NCBI RefSeq assembly: GCF_001194135.2
Contig: NC_068982.1
Span: 49,271,900-49,335,899, forward strand
From: Octopus bimaculoides
Taxonomy: Eukaryota
Reading direction: 5' to 3'
DNA: 64,000 nucleotides
This document shows, piece after piece, positions 10,671-21,830 of this stretch. A program made the translations under genes and the position numbers. Below the pieces are notes generated by a model that was not told the origin of the DNA, searched no databases, and was given only the letters and a program-made list of their open reading frames with translations. Each line of letters opens with the position of its first letter. Within the stretch, counting starts at the first letter, position 1.

Positions 10671-11209
10671 CTCTTACAAAGATCATCATGGGACCTGTGA
10701 AGTCAACCCCTGCTTTAACAGAGGAAGATGTCTTCAAAATGTTTGTTGTTATAACTGTAACCCTTTGTCTTTAGAATCTTTATCTCACTGAGATAGATTT
10801 TTACCTTTCATTCCTTAGAGTGGCATGTCAATTAAATTAGTACCAGGCATATACTGTGGGTGTTAATTCAATCAAATAGACTCTGTCCTACAATAATGTG
10901 ATCGTGTAGGAATTGTAGAAATCAATAAAATATATCTGTTTACAAACTACCTTCCAATAAACCCCACATTAATCAAGAACAAAATTAATTAGTTAGTTTA
11001 ATGAAGTAGCAATATCTACAGTCAGCTAATCAATGATCTCTTGACCCACCACCCATTCACATTTCCTTAAAGTCAGTTCAGTATTGATATCATCACTTTG
11101 ACCTGATCAATAATTTAATTATAGCCACTACAATTGAATCCAGACGTGATTTAATCAATCCTGTCGTAATAAATAACAAGTCACTGCCAAAACAGTATTC
11201 TTGTTCCTC

Positions 11210-11530
11210 CATTCCTCCCCTTCACTCCTTTTCTCCTGCTTCTTTTTTTTTTTATCCTTGTTCTTGGTCTTCATCTTTTTCTTCTCCTTCTACCTCTTTT
11301 TCTCTCCACATCTACCTTATTCTCCCTCTTCTTCATCATTTGTATTAGTAAGCTCCCTTTTCAACTCATAAACCCCTTCATACAACCCTGACTCTCATTT
11401 CCTTTGGGATAAGGAAAACCCAATCCTTCTCCTTCTGCTCCTCCTCATGCAACTCCCCTACTCTCTTTTGAATTACTAACTCTCCCTCCCTCTTTTACTT
11501 TGCCCACCTCCTACTTTCTTACTTGCTTTC
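11210..11530 (+). repeat. Pyrimidine-rich (CT) low-complexity tract
   Basis: Direct read. Confidence 0.6.
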
Positions 11531-12224
11531 AAGATAAGTGAAAGTGAAAGCATTATTTACAGCATTTTTGTTTTTAATTAACTGAGAAAGGACTTCAGTT
11601 TGAAAATAATATATTAAACTAATATTTAATCAATGACTGATCCTGATGGAGGCTTATTCATTTACAACCAATTCTCATAATCATTATTGCCACCATCAAC
11701 AACAACAACAGCAATAATAGTATTATCACATTCCTCGTCAATCTAATTTAATCAATTGCTGGATAAATTTATATTATTTCTCTACCAATTAATCAATATT
11801 ATTTCAGTATCATGCATTATTCAACAGATTCAATTTATTAATAAACATTGCTTGTTAATTAAAAGTTAATTAATATAATTAATTTTTTTTTTACTTGCGA
11901 AAAATAACAGGTTTTTTTTTATTTATTTTTTCTTTTGTATGCAAGAAACAAGATCAGTTGAATCAAACATTGTGTATTATCAGTTGTTTTCAGCAAGATT
12001 TGAACTCAGCATGGTAAAATAACAAAGTAGTCAGCAGGCAATAAAAATCTGCCCGACTGATAACAGTTTATGAATTCAAACCTCGTTAAAAAAAAAAAAG
12101 AGTGATGATTTTATTAAAGAAATAATTAATTAGAATTTAGCATTTGCCAGCATCGTTTCAAATATTCAGCTAATACTTGAAATAAAAAATCAACGATGCT
12201 TTTATCCATCATTTATTCTTTTAT

Positions 12225-12424
12225 CTGCTGCTTGTTTCGATCATTTGACTGCGACCATGCTGGGGCACTACCTTGAAGGGTTTTAGTCAAGCAAATCAAC
12301 TCCGAGCCTTTTTTTGTTTTTAAGCCTTGTACTTATTTTATTGGTCTCTTTTGCTAAACCACTAAGTTATAGGGATGTAAACACACCAACACCGGTTGTC
12401 AAGTAGTGGTGGGGGACAAACACA

Positions 12425-12461
<37 letters not shown>

Positions 12462-12633
12462 ACACACACACACATGATGGGTCTTTCAGTTTCTGTGTAC
12501 CAAATCCACTTACAAGGCTTTGGTCAGCTGAAGATTATAGCAGAAGATACTTGCCCAAGGTGCCACGTAGTGGAACTGAACCCAGAACCATGTAGTTAAA
12601 AAATAAGCTTCTTACCACACAGCCACACCCATG
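12225..12633 (-). mobile_element. SINE family A, near full length with internal (CA)n
   Basis: Tail CATTTGACTGCGACCATGCTGG.., central (CA)n, head CTTCTTACCACACAGCCAC. Confidence 0.88.
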
Positions 12634-13089
12634 CCTTTATCGGTTACCATTTGATAAAAAACGCACAACCAATATATTTATTCACCAGAAGCAATAGAAA
12701 ATTACAAATCATTAAATATACATATTTTATCTTCCTGGTAATTACATTGTGTAATTCCCTATTATTTTATCTTTCACTAGGAAGCTTCAGTAGTTAATCA
12801 TGAGCACTACTTTTTTTTCTGTCAGAAAAAAATAATAAAATCTCTTTGAATATTAATGTCAACCCCCGTTTTATTTTTTTTTTCATGTCTTAGAAAGTTT
12901 CTTCTTTGCGATTCAAATTTTAAAGATATTAAATGTGAATAATCTGAATAATTTACCAGTTCCTCTTTAAGATACATGCTTTGAATATAGATAAATGTGA
13001 GGTTGTAGTGAAATATAGGTTAAAAAAAAAGAAGGAACAGAAAATGATATTTATAGTATTATGTAGATTATGATATAGATGTTATAGGC

Positions 13090-13440
13090 ACAGGCACGGC
13101 TTGGCTCAGTACCATTGTGTAGAATCCGGGGGAAGTGTTTTCCTCTGTAGCCCCAGGCTTACCAAACTTTGTGGATGGATTTGGTAGGCAGAAACTCGAA
13201 GAAACTTGTATTAATATATACAGGACCTTCTTAAGACATGGGCCCAATTCTGATCAATGTATGCTGTAGTTTACTATCAGTAAATTAATACTGTAGGACC
13301 CAGTACATTGATTTGCCCAGGAGCCTATAATATTCTTAAGACAGCCCTGTATGAGTATGTGTGTGTGTGTGTGTATTTGTGCATGTGTGTTTGGCTCCCA
13401 CCACCACTTGACAACCAGTATTGGTTTGTTTATGTCCCCA
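13090..13440 (+). mobile_element. Degenerate SINE family A carrying a MITE in its microsatellite
   Basis: GGGAAGTGTTTTCCTCTGTAGCCCC..GTGGATGGATTTGGTAGGCAGAAAC; tail CCACCACTTGACAACC..GTCCCC. Confidence 0.7.
13221..13349. mobile_element. 129-bp MITE, 14-bp imperfect TIRs, flanked by TA
   Basis: CAGGACCTTCTTAA vs reverse complement of the right end CAGGGCTGTCTTAA (11/14); TA on both sides. Confidence 0.6.
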
Positions 13441-14580
13441 GTGAAATTTGAACTCAGAATGTAAAAAGCTGGAAGAAATGCCACATTACAAGAGGAGGCA
13501 CAAAGCATGAAATTTTGTGAGAGAGAGTTACTCAATTACATTGACCCCAATGCTGGACTGCTATTCATTTTATCAACCCTAAAAATGATGAAAGGTAAAG
13601 TCAACCCCAGCAGAATTTGAACTCAGAACATAAAGCTGGAAGAAATGCCACTAAGCATTTTCTTCTGCATGCTAACATACAAGAGAATTAATATTGGTTT
13701 CAAATTTTGGCACAGAGCTAGCAGATTTGAGGGGTGGGGAAGTCAATAACATGAATCCCAGTACTTGATTGACTCTTGAAAGGATGAAAAGCAAAGTCAA
13801 CCTCAACAGAATTTGAACTCCAAACATAAAGACAGACAAAATGCTGCTAAGTATTTTATCTGGCATGCTAACAGTTTTGCCAGCTTGCTCACCTTAAAGA
13901 GGGTTTCAGATTTTCCAGATTTTGGCTCAGAGTCAATAATTTTGGGGAGTGGATAAGTCAATTACATTGACCCCAGTACTCAACTGGTACTTATTTTATT
14001 AACTTTGAAAGGATGAAAGGAAAAATATAAAATTGGACAAACTGCTGCTAAGCATTTTACTTAGCATGCTAATGGTTCGTATTTCTTTATTGCCCACAAG
14101 GGTCTAAACATAGAGGGGACAAACAAGGACAGACAAAGAGATTAAGTTGATTACATCAACCTCAGCGCTTCACTGGTGCTTAATTAATTGACCCTGAAAG
14201 GATGAAAGGCAAAGTCAACCTCGGCAGAATTTGAACTCAGAATGTAAAGACTGATGAAATACCGCAAAGCATTTCGCCCAGCATGCTAACGTTTTTGCCA
14301 GCTCGCTGCCACCATTAGCATGCTAATGGTTCTGCCAGCTTGCTCACCTTATAAAGAGGATTAATGTTTCAGATTTTAGCACAAGGCTAATAATTTCGGT
14401 AAGTGGATAAGTCAATTACATTGACTCTGGTGTCCAACTGGTAACATATTTTATCAATCCTGGAAGAATGAAAGGAAAAGTCAACCTTGGCAGAATTTGA
14501 ACTCAAAATGTAAAGATGGACAAAATGTCGTTGTGCATTTCACCTACCATACTAAGAATTCTGCCAGCTTGTCACCTTAA
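13441..14580 (-). mobile_element. Head-to-tail array of SINE family B copies (about 4 units plus a fragment)
   Basis: Units at ~13525-13680, 13690-13897, 13905-14350 and 14370-14580, all minus strand, each with GAAAGG.AAAGTCAACC..GAATTTGAACTC. Confidence 0.85.
14079..14314 (-). mobile_element. Younger SINE B variant nested in a SINE B, 18-bp TSD
   Basis: TTAGCATGCTAATGGTTC at 14061-14078 and 14315-14332. 3' tail (reverse complement) is ..CCTTGTTTGTCCCCTCTATGTTTAGACCCTTGTGGGCAATAAAGAAATAC. Confidence 0.92.
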
Positions 14581-14679
14581 AAAGGGTCAATAGTAAGAGC
14601 AAATAATGTCTTGTAAAGAATATTCAGGCTATTGCCAGCTACTCGAATTTATCAATCAAAGTTATGTTGCTTAAGACAT

Positions 14680-14880
14680 CGAGCTGGTAGAATCATAGCA
14701 TGCCAGGCAAACTGCTTAGTGACATTCTGTTTGTCTTTACATTCTGAGTTCAAATTCTTCCATGGTCGACTTTACCATTCGGGGTCAATAAAATAAGTAC
14801 CAGTCAAGCACTGAGGTTGATAATATCAGCTTACCCACTCCCCCAAAATTGCTGTCCTTGTGCCAAAATTGGAAATCAAA
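14680..14880 (+). mobile_element. SINE family B, full length
   Basis: GAGCTGGTAGAATCATAGCATGCC..CTGAGTTCAAATTC..GGGGTCAATAAAATAAGTACCAG..CCTTGTGCCAAAATTGGAAA. Confidence 0.88.
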
Positions 14881-16203
14881 TGTTATGTGGCCTCACAGTC
14901 ATATTTGTAAGGTTTGAAACCCTAACTATGTTCTTAAGGGTCTGATGCCTTAACCACACGACTGTTATACTCCATACTCCTCATCACTTTAATTTTGCCT
15001 TGACTGCTGGAACTCGAAAATCAGACTAAAAATGAAAATTTAATTAAGATTATTATTTCACACATGAAATAAATATCTGTTGACATTCTGATGAAAGCCA
15101 AGTAAAATCTTATTTACTTTCAACAATACTTAATTTTTCGTAAAACTGAAAAAATTAATTATCCAAAGAAAAACCTGTCCAATTATAATTACATGTTAAA
15201 ATTACCAAAATATGGTTTATTTTCTCTTATTTGTACATAGATACATATAAACTTACAATAATGTTTCATTGTAATAACAATAATGAATTAAGTAGCTATA
15301 ACATGATTCCAGAGATAATTCAAGCATGGATTGTTATTTCATAACCAACTGATTTATCTCTTAACATTCTTCAGATCTTTGCGAAACAGTTAATGCAGTG
15401 TTATGAGAACACAAACTAGCTGCATCACTCCTCTTCTATGATTATTCATACAACACAGATTCAATGTTTCTTAAACTGTCTGTTATTTCCTTTGCTCCAT
15501 TATCTACCCATTCAGCTACCTCATCCATATAAATTTCCCTAAATCAAGCCAACAACAAAGTCTTTTACATGTATGTTTGGACTTGCAAGAAATAACAGTC
15601 AAATAGTCTTTAATTCATCTCTTAATGTCCTGAATATGCTGCATTTGAAGTGAAGGCAAGATAGTCATAGCTTGACTGCCTTTAATCATAGATCAGCTCA
15701 AAGAAACCTGAGCTGGGATTAAACAACATTTCTGGATCCATTTGCTTTTAGAGAATGGTGCTTTGCACCCCTGGTTAGCAGTAACAAAGGGACAAAAACC
15801 GGGCATGTGTGTAATTAAACATTTCATACATTTTTTAGATTTTGAACACAACTTATGAACCCTCAAGTTTGCATTCCCATGGGAAGCTTAGTAAAATGTA
15901 CATCAATGTAATCTTGAAGGTCCTTCTTTATAATCCATGTTTTGGTTTTATAAGGAAGAATGGTCTTTGCACATATCCTGGAGGAAGCCAGCTTTTCTGA
16001 CTTACTAAACGATGTAAAGCTTGTTACAGACACTTCAGGCTCATGAATGTCAGGTAGGCTTTTTCAATGTCATCAACCTAGGACCATTTTCAGGACCACT
16101 CAGAATTTATTTTAGTGTTTACTCCCTAGCCCTTGTATCATAAGACAGTGAGAATATTTCCCTAATGCCTGGGATCTGTAACCTTGGTCAGTGGTTCATA
16201 CAA

Positions 16204-16347
16204 GTAGTAGCATAGCTAGGGGAGGGGGAAGGAAAGGGGTGGTGCCTTTAAAGGGGCATCACTTTTAGGTCTGCTGTATAAGCCTGTATAGGAGGCAGTG
16301 GGAGACTCCAGGGCTGCCTTGGGTAGCATACACTCTAACTACACTAC
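16204..16347. mobile_element. Degenerate small MITE-like element (CAGTGGCGTAGCTAG-type ends); related to 24789-24942
   Basis: Ends GTAGCATAGCTAGG / CTAACTACACTAC. Internal CACTTTT.GG..TGCT.TATA and GGTAG..CA.ACACTCT are shared with the 24.8-kb copy. Confidence 0.4.
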
Positions 16348-16764
16348 AGCATACAAGGTACTGTCAAATAGAGCTCACAGTCACCATAACAAGAAATTTT
16401 ACTAAATCTTTCCTGCCAACATACAGACATACATACAACAATTGCATGATGACTTAGATCAGATGTAATAAGATAGCTAGTTGCACCTAACTATAATGCA
16501 ACCAGTAAATAGTGATTTGATGTTTTAATAGACTTACAAATATCTAGTGCTGACGTTATAACACTCTTCACAAGTAAAACATTATTACTATTTCTGGGTC
16601 TGCAGTCATTTTTCCATCAACGTAGTTATTAATATACTTTCATATATTTGATTAAAATGATGTTTTACATAATATGAAATATTATTAAATAATATGGGTG
16701 GCGGGTGGGAAAGTAAAAAGTAAACAACAGACAAAATGCTTTGTATTATTTAGATGTCTTAAAG

Positions 16765-17070
16765 CAATAAGTTGGCAGAATTGTTAGCATGTCTTTATGT
16801 TTTGAGTTCAAATTCTGCCAAGGTCAAAGTTGCATTTCATACCTTTGGGATCGATAAAATAAGTACCAGTTGAGCACTGGGGTCAATGTAATTGACTTAC
16901 TCCTCACCCCCAAATTACTAACCTTGGACCAAAATTTGAAACTGATATTTAAGGCAGCAAACTAACAGAATTGTTACCACATTGGACAAAATGCTTAGTG
17001 GCATTTCTTCCAACATTACATTCCGAGTCAAATGTCACCAGGGTCAACTTTCCTTTTTGTCCTTTGTTAG
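16765..17070 (+). mobile_element. Two tandem SINE family B copies (second one truncated)
   Basis: GTTGGCAGAATTGTTAGCAT..GAGTTCAAATTCTGCC..GGGATCGATAAAATAAGTACCAG; second head at ~16950. Confidence 0.8.
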
Positions 17071-17425
17071 AAAATTATAAATTATAATGTTAATAGGTAA
17101 AAAGCTTTTCATGCTACACTGTAAGGTCAGAATGAAGTCCATTGTCAAAATGGGGGAAGCTAGGTGCTATTAGCTAAAACTGTGAAACTATAACAAATTG
17201 GCTAGACCTTGGCAAACCTTTATAAGCAGAGATAATTGTACCCCCAGTTTTTTGTGACAGTTTTTTCTGTGAGACAAAGTTGTTCAATTGGATTCTGGAA
17301 ACTATTATTGCCTGTTTAGTTTATGCCCTGTGTGCTTTATGTTAGGCATTTAGGGATTTATTTTATGCTCCAGGAATTTGTCAGAACTTTTGTCAGATTT
17401 AAAATAATTTCCGTGTCACATCTGG

Positions 17426-17632
17426 ATCCAAGGTTTGACATCCAAGGTTTGAAATCCACTGTTCAAAATCCAAGGTTCGAAAACCGAATTTGTACTAAAA
17501 GGAAAATCCAGATTTTATGAAATCCACATTATTGGAATCCATATTTTTGAAAAACCAAATTTGTGAGGCCAGGTTTTGTGTGAGGCCAATTTTGGTGAAA
17601 CCAAAAACTGGGAATCTGAATCCAAATTTCTG
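17426..17632 (+). repeat. Degenerate short-period repeat (ATCCAAGGTTTGA / AAATCC.. variants)
   Basis: ATCCAAGGTTTGA twice in tandem, followed by many AAATCCA/AAACCAA variants. Confidence 0.55.
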
Positions 17633-17804
17633 AACTGTATATATATGTTACCTTTGTAAATATTTTGACTGCACATCTGGTGTGGCATTGGTTTTTTGTT
17701 CGTGTATATATTTGTTTTCGTATGTAGGTTGTTTATTTTATGATGACAATTGTTAATAATATTTTTTAAAAACTTCATGGTGTGTTGTTGTTTTGGGTTC
17801 ACCC

Positions 17805-19010
17805 TATCCTCATTGATTCTGTAAATTTGGGTTATGGCCACCAGGTCGTAACACCTTTCAGAGTTGATAAAATACCAATTGAATACTGGGGTCAATGTAA
17901 TCAACTTATATTCTTCTCTGAAATTGCTGACCTTATGCCAAAATGTGAAACCATTATTTGGATGTTTTAAGGTAAGTATTAGTCAAATACTGAGGTCTAT
18001 GAAATTGACTATCCTGCTACCACAAAACTTTAGGCATTGTGTCTATAGTAGAAAGAAATATTTAGATGTCTTTCAACTTTTGATAATCCAGGTTCAAATC
18101 CTATGATTGTCAACTCAACCTTTTATGATGGCATCAACTAATCCATTACCCTTCAAAATTGATGGCCTTATATAATTTTATCAGTAACCATTATTTATAT
18201 ATATCGTCCAACTCCTTTATGATCCAAGTTTAAATCCTACAAAGATCAATTTCGTCTTTCGTCCCAGAACTGGGATAGGTTTAATTCATTAGGCCCTTCC
18301 CCACTTAGTCAAGGCCTTGTGTCTACATTAGAAATAAGGGTACAGGATTAGTAGACTAAAGGGAATATCAGACAAAATACCTTGTGGTATTTGTTCTGGA
18401 TCTTTGTTTTGAATTCAAATCCCACTGAAGTTAGCTTTGCTTCCATCCTTCCAAGGGTTAATAAAATAAAGTACCAGTCAAGTACTGAAGTCAATATAAT
18501 CAACTAACCCCATCCCTCAAATTTCTGGCTTTGAATTTTATGTTAGAAACAATCATTTAAATACAGCCATCACAGCGTAAAGTAGCCAACTGGCATTGTT
18601 ATAAGAAGATCAGACAAAATGTGTAATAATATTTGTTCCAGTTATCTGCATTCTGAGTTCAAATCCCACTGAGGTCAGCTCCATCTTTCATTTTTTTAAA
18701 GTCAATAAAGTACAAGCTGAAATATTGGTTTAGCTCTGTCATTTTGGTTGCTACCCTTTTACTATGTTCAATTGCAACAAGGGCTGGAGTGCTGAATGAG
18801 TGTATGTCTGGTTGCAATTACATGGGGAACTAAAACAGCAAAAGCATGGTACATGCTACTAAGTCATCCTCAGATCAAGTAACTGCTGTATTAGTTTTAT
18901 ACCTGAGTTCAAATTCCACTCAAGCCATATTTACTTTATATCCTTCTAGGGACAAGAAATGATAAAATAAGTACCAGCTATGTGTTAGGGACATTTCAAT
19001 CAACTATCTT
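17805..19010 (+). mobile_element. Series of degenerate SINE family B copies (~17805-17960, 18345-18550, 18600-18715, 18895-19010)
   Basis: Recurrent GA(G/A)TTCAAAT(C/T)CC and ATAAAATAA(A)GTACCAG motifs. Confidence 0.75.
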
Positions 19011-21319
19011 CCTACTTTACATGTTTACCATATTTTCCAGTATTCAAGTTGATGTATATATAATTTCATGGAGATTTTGGTCTTCAAAACCGTTTTGGGG
19101 TATAAGTTAAGCTGCCATTTTTTTCTTTCTGTTTCTCTTTTCTTTTCTTTAGCTGTAAATTTTGGTTTGAAAAGTTTGGCTTGTACACCGAAAAATTTGG
19201 CTTATATACTGGAAAAATACAGTAATTTTGTGATAATGAAGAATTCATTATTTTTTCTCCAATAGAAATGTTTGCTTAAAAAATTAATATTAATAGTATT
19301 TATTGAATTTTGCATTCATTTCCAAAGAATAAAACCCCATAAATATTTGAAATTATTTCCATTAACAATGTATGCCCTCACCAATCAACTATGAAATGAG
19401 AGAGGTAATCTATTTTCAACAAAGTTTATTGAAGCAAAAAGAGGTAGAAACCTTATTTACGAGCACATGGCAGCACTAAAACCAATTTTTAAAGATCATC
19501 ATCAGTGATCCATCATTTATTGCATGATTTGATTATTTCTTGTTTTTCCCTCATTGAATTCAACAGTACCCGTTACTTTTAATTATTCTTCAACCATATT
19601 ATATTAATACATCCAGCTAACCAGGGTGTCTTGATTTGCTAGAAAGGCCAATCAGATATCCCTTGTATCATATCGTGGTGCCATCTTAACTATTTTGAAA
19701 CCAATTCACTTGTGACTGCTTTTGGTTCCAATACAAACTTGCGTTTTTTAAAGTGTTTTAAATTAAAACCTTCTATAAATATTTCATGATAATTTATGCA
19801 CCAAACACTATCTTATTAAGGTGAAAGGTTATTTTAGTAAATTATTCTTTATTTTCAAAATTTATTGAAACAAAAGCAGAGTATTTCAATAGAAATATGG
19901 TAACAAAAAGATGAAAAATGAAAAAGGAATTTCGAATTGAATTAGAAAAAGAAGGGATGGTCTTAAATGGAAACACTTTTGAATGTAGGTTGACTTGATC
20001 AAGACTGACAGGGGCTAAATGAAGACAACAACAACAACAGTCAGACAAACCTGATTCTCAGTATTAATGGTTTCTGTTTGATTTCATAAAAAGGCCATGT
20101 ATTTTAATAGAGCAATGGAGAGGTGAAATAAGGTATTGTGTAGTCCATACCATTCTCAAGGGTATTAGCAGCATGGAATCATGCTTAGCTAATGCAAATA
20201 CCTTCCTACCTTTTGCCATCCCTAATGTGTATCAATTCCAGCTGCTCCCAGCCAACAGAAATCCATCAGTCACAGGCAGCCTGAGGAACATTTTGCATGG
20301 CATGTCAAACAAAATTTACCTTGAAGTTTTTTTAGTAATGCAGCCTGCCTGATTATGAGACCTATCTCATGTAGCCCACTTTTTTTCAAAAATGGTTCAC
20401 CATGTCCATCTTCTGGAGTTCCTTCCTCATCCACATCTTCCTTATTGGCATCAATATACAGAAGTGTAATTTAAGTGTGAACCACAACAATCCCTAACAC
20501 TCCTCTATGCCTATCAAATACTGTAGGCATCTCTTTTTCTCTAAGGGTTAACTAAGAAAAACACAAGAGGGAAATAGCATTGTTAGTTTTGTCTCAAATC
20601 ACCAGAATATCACCTCAACTCAGCTATAATCAGATCAGAATCTTGCTATGTTCTCATTAAATAATATTGATTATTTTTGTGACTAAAGTATAATTTTTTT
20701 TTATTTCAAAGATGAGGCACAGTTGATTGCAACATTGATTTCTTTTTCTTTTTAGTAAATTGATTTTTTTTTTTTTTTTTTTTTTTTGGTTTTAGTTGAA
20801 CCATTATTATAAATGCTTGGATTCATTGTAATCTTAACCTCATCTATTGCATTTCATATCTTTTCTATATATCATTTACAGCTCTGCGATATCATCTAAA
20901 TGCCTTTATTTCAATGCTTTTATCCAATTAGATTTATATTATCCAGTCAACTTTTCTATACCTTTAAAAAAACAAAGACAACAAAACTGTTGTCACAAAC
21001 TTGCAAATCTGACTGGTTGTAGTCCAAGCTTTTATCCATTTACTAATTGTTCTAGATGCTTATGTAGTTGTGAGCAGAAATGGATGCCCTCTTGAATGAA
21101 GACTTGTGGCCTGGGATATGAGTGTTGAGCTCAAAATCATGAGGTTGTAGATTCAATTCTGGATGCAGCCAACTTGGTTTGGCTATCCTACAAATAAAAA
21201 AGACCCTTTAAAAATGTATAGCGTTAAAAAACCTGCTATACTTCAGAGCTAGGAGAAGCAAAATCACCCTAGATGAAAGTGGTAAGCACGTATTTAGATG
21301 TAATTGCTATTCTCATGTT

Positions 21320-21830
21320 GACTTCCAGGGCAATTTAATCTCACACAGTTCTTAATATATATTGTTTTTCAACACTATAACATCTTTAAAGTCATTTTCC
21401 CTGGATGATAAATCACAGTTCTTGACATTTGAATAACTCATATACATTAAATATATGATATTGATAATGTTTACATTATAAATCTTCTTCGATTACATGT
21501 TTTGATTTTATTCTACTTGTGCAGTATCAATGCAAATTAGCAAATAGTTTTTACACTATTTGTATATGCTTCAGGCTAGAGATTTCAATTTCGTTTCAGA
21601 AATTACTAAAATGTGCAGTATTTATAAGCTGCAATTACAGCAAAATGTACATCAACCATTCTTGTGTTCACTCCTGGGGCAATTTCATTTTGCTAAGCTC
21701 TGAAGTATATTGTGTTTTTAATACTATAATGTCTTTAAAGGGATTTTCCTCGGATGATAAACTGCAGCTCCTGGCATTTAAACAACACATGTATATTAAA
21801 CATGTAGCATTGGTAATGTAAACATTACAT
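21320..21830 (+). repeat. Old direct duplication (~165-bp homologous blocks, 349 bp apart)
   Basis: GGCAATTT..CTATAA..TCTTTAAAG..ATTTTCC..GGATGATAAA..CAG.TC.TG.CATTT..ATTAAA..ATTG.TAATGT occurs at ~21330-21480 and ~21678-21830. Confidence 0.8.

Noticed and set aside
15723-16085. Several AG/GT-bounded mini-exons on both strands (e.g. VDDIEKAYLTFMSLKCL*, GCKAPFSKKQMDPEMLF)
   Set aside because: Mutually incompatible strands and phases, weak splice sites and no recognised homologue.
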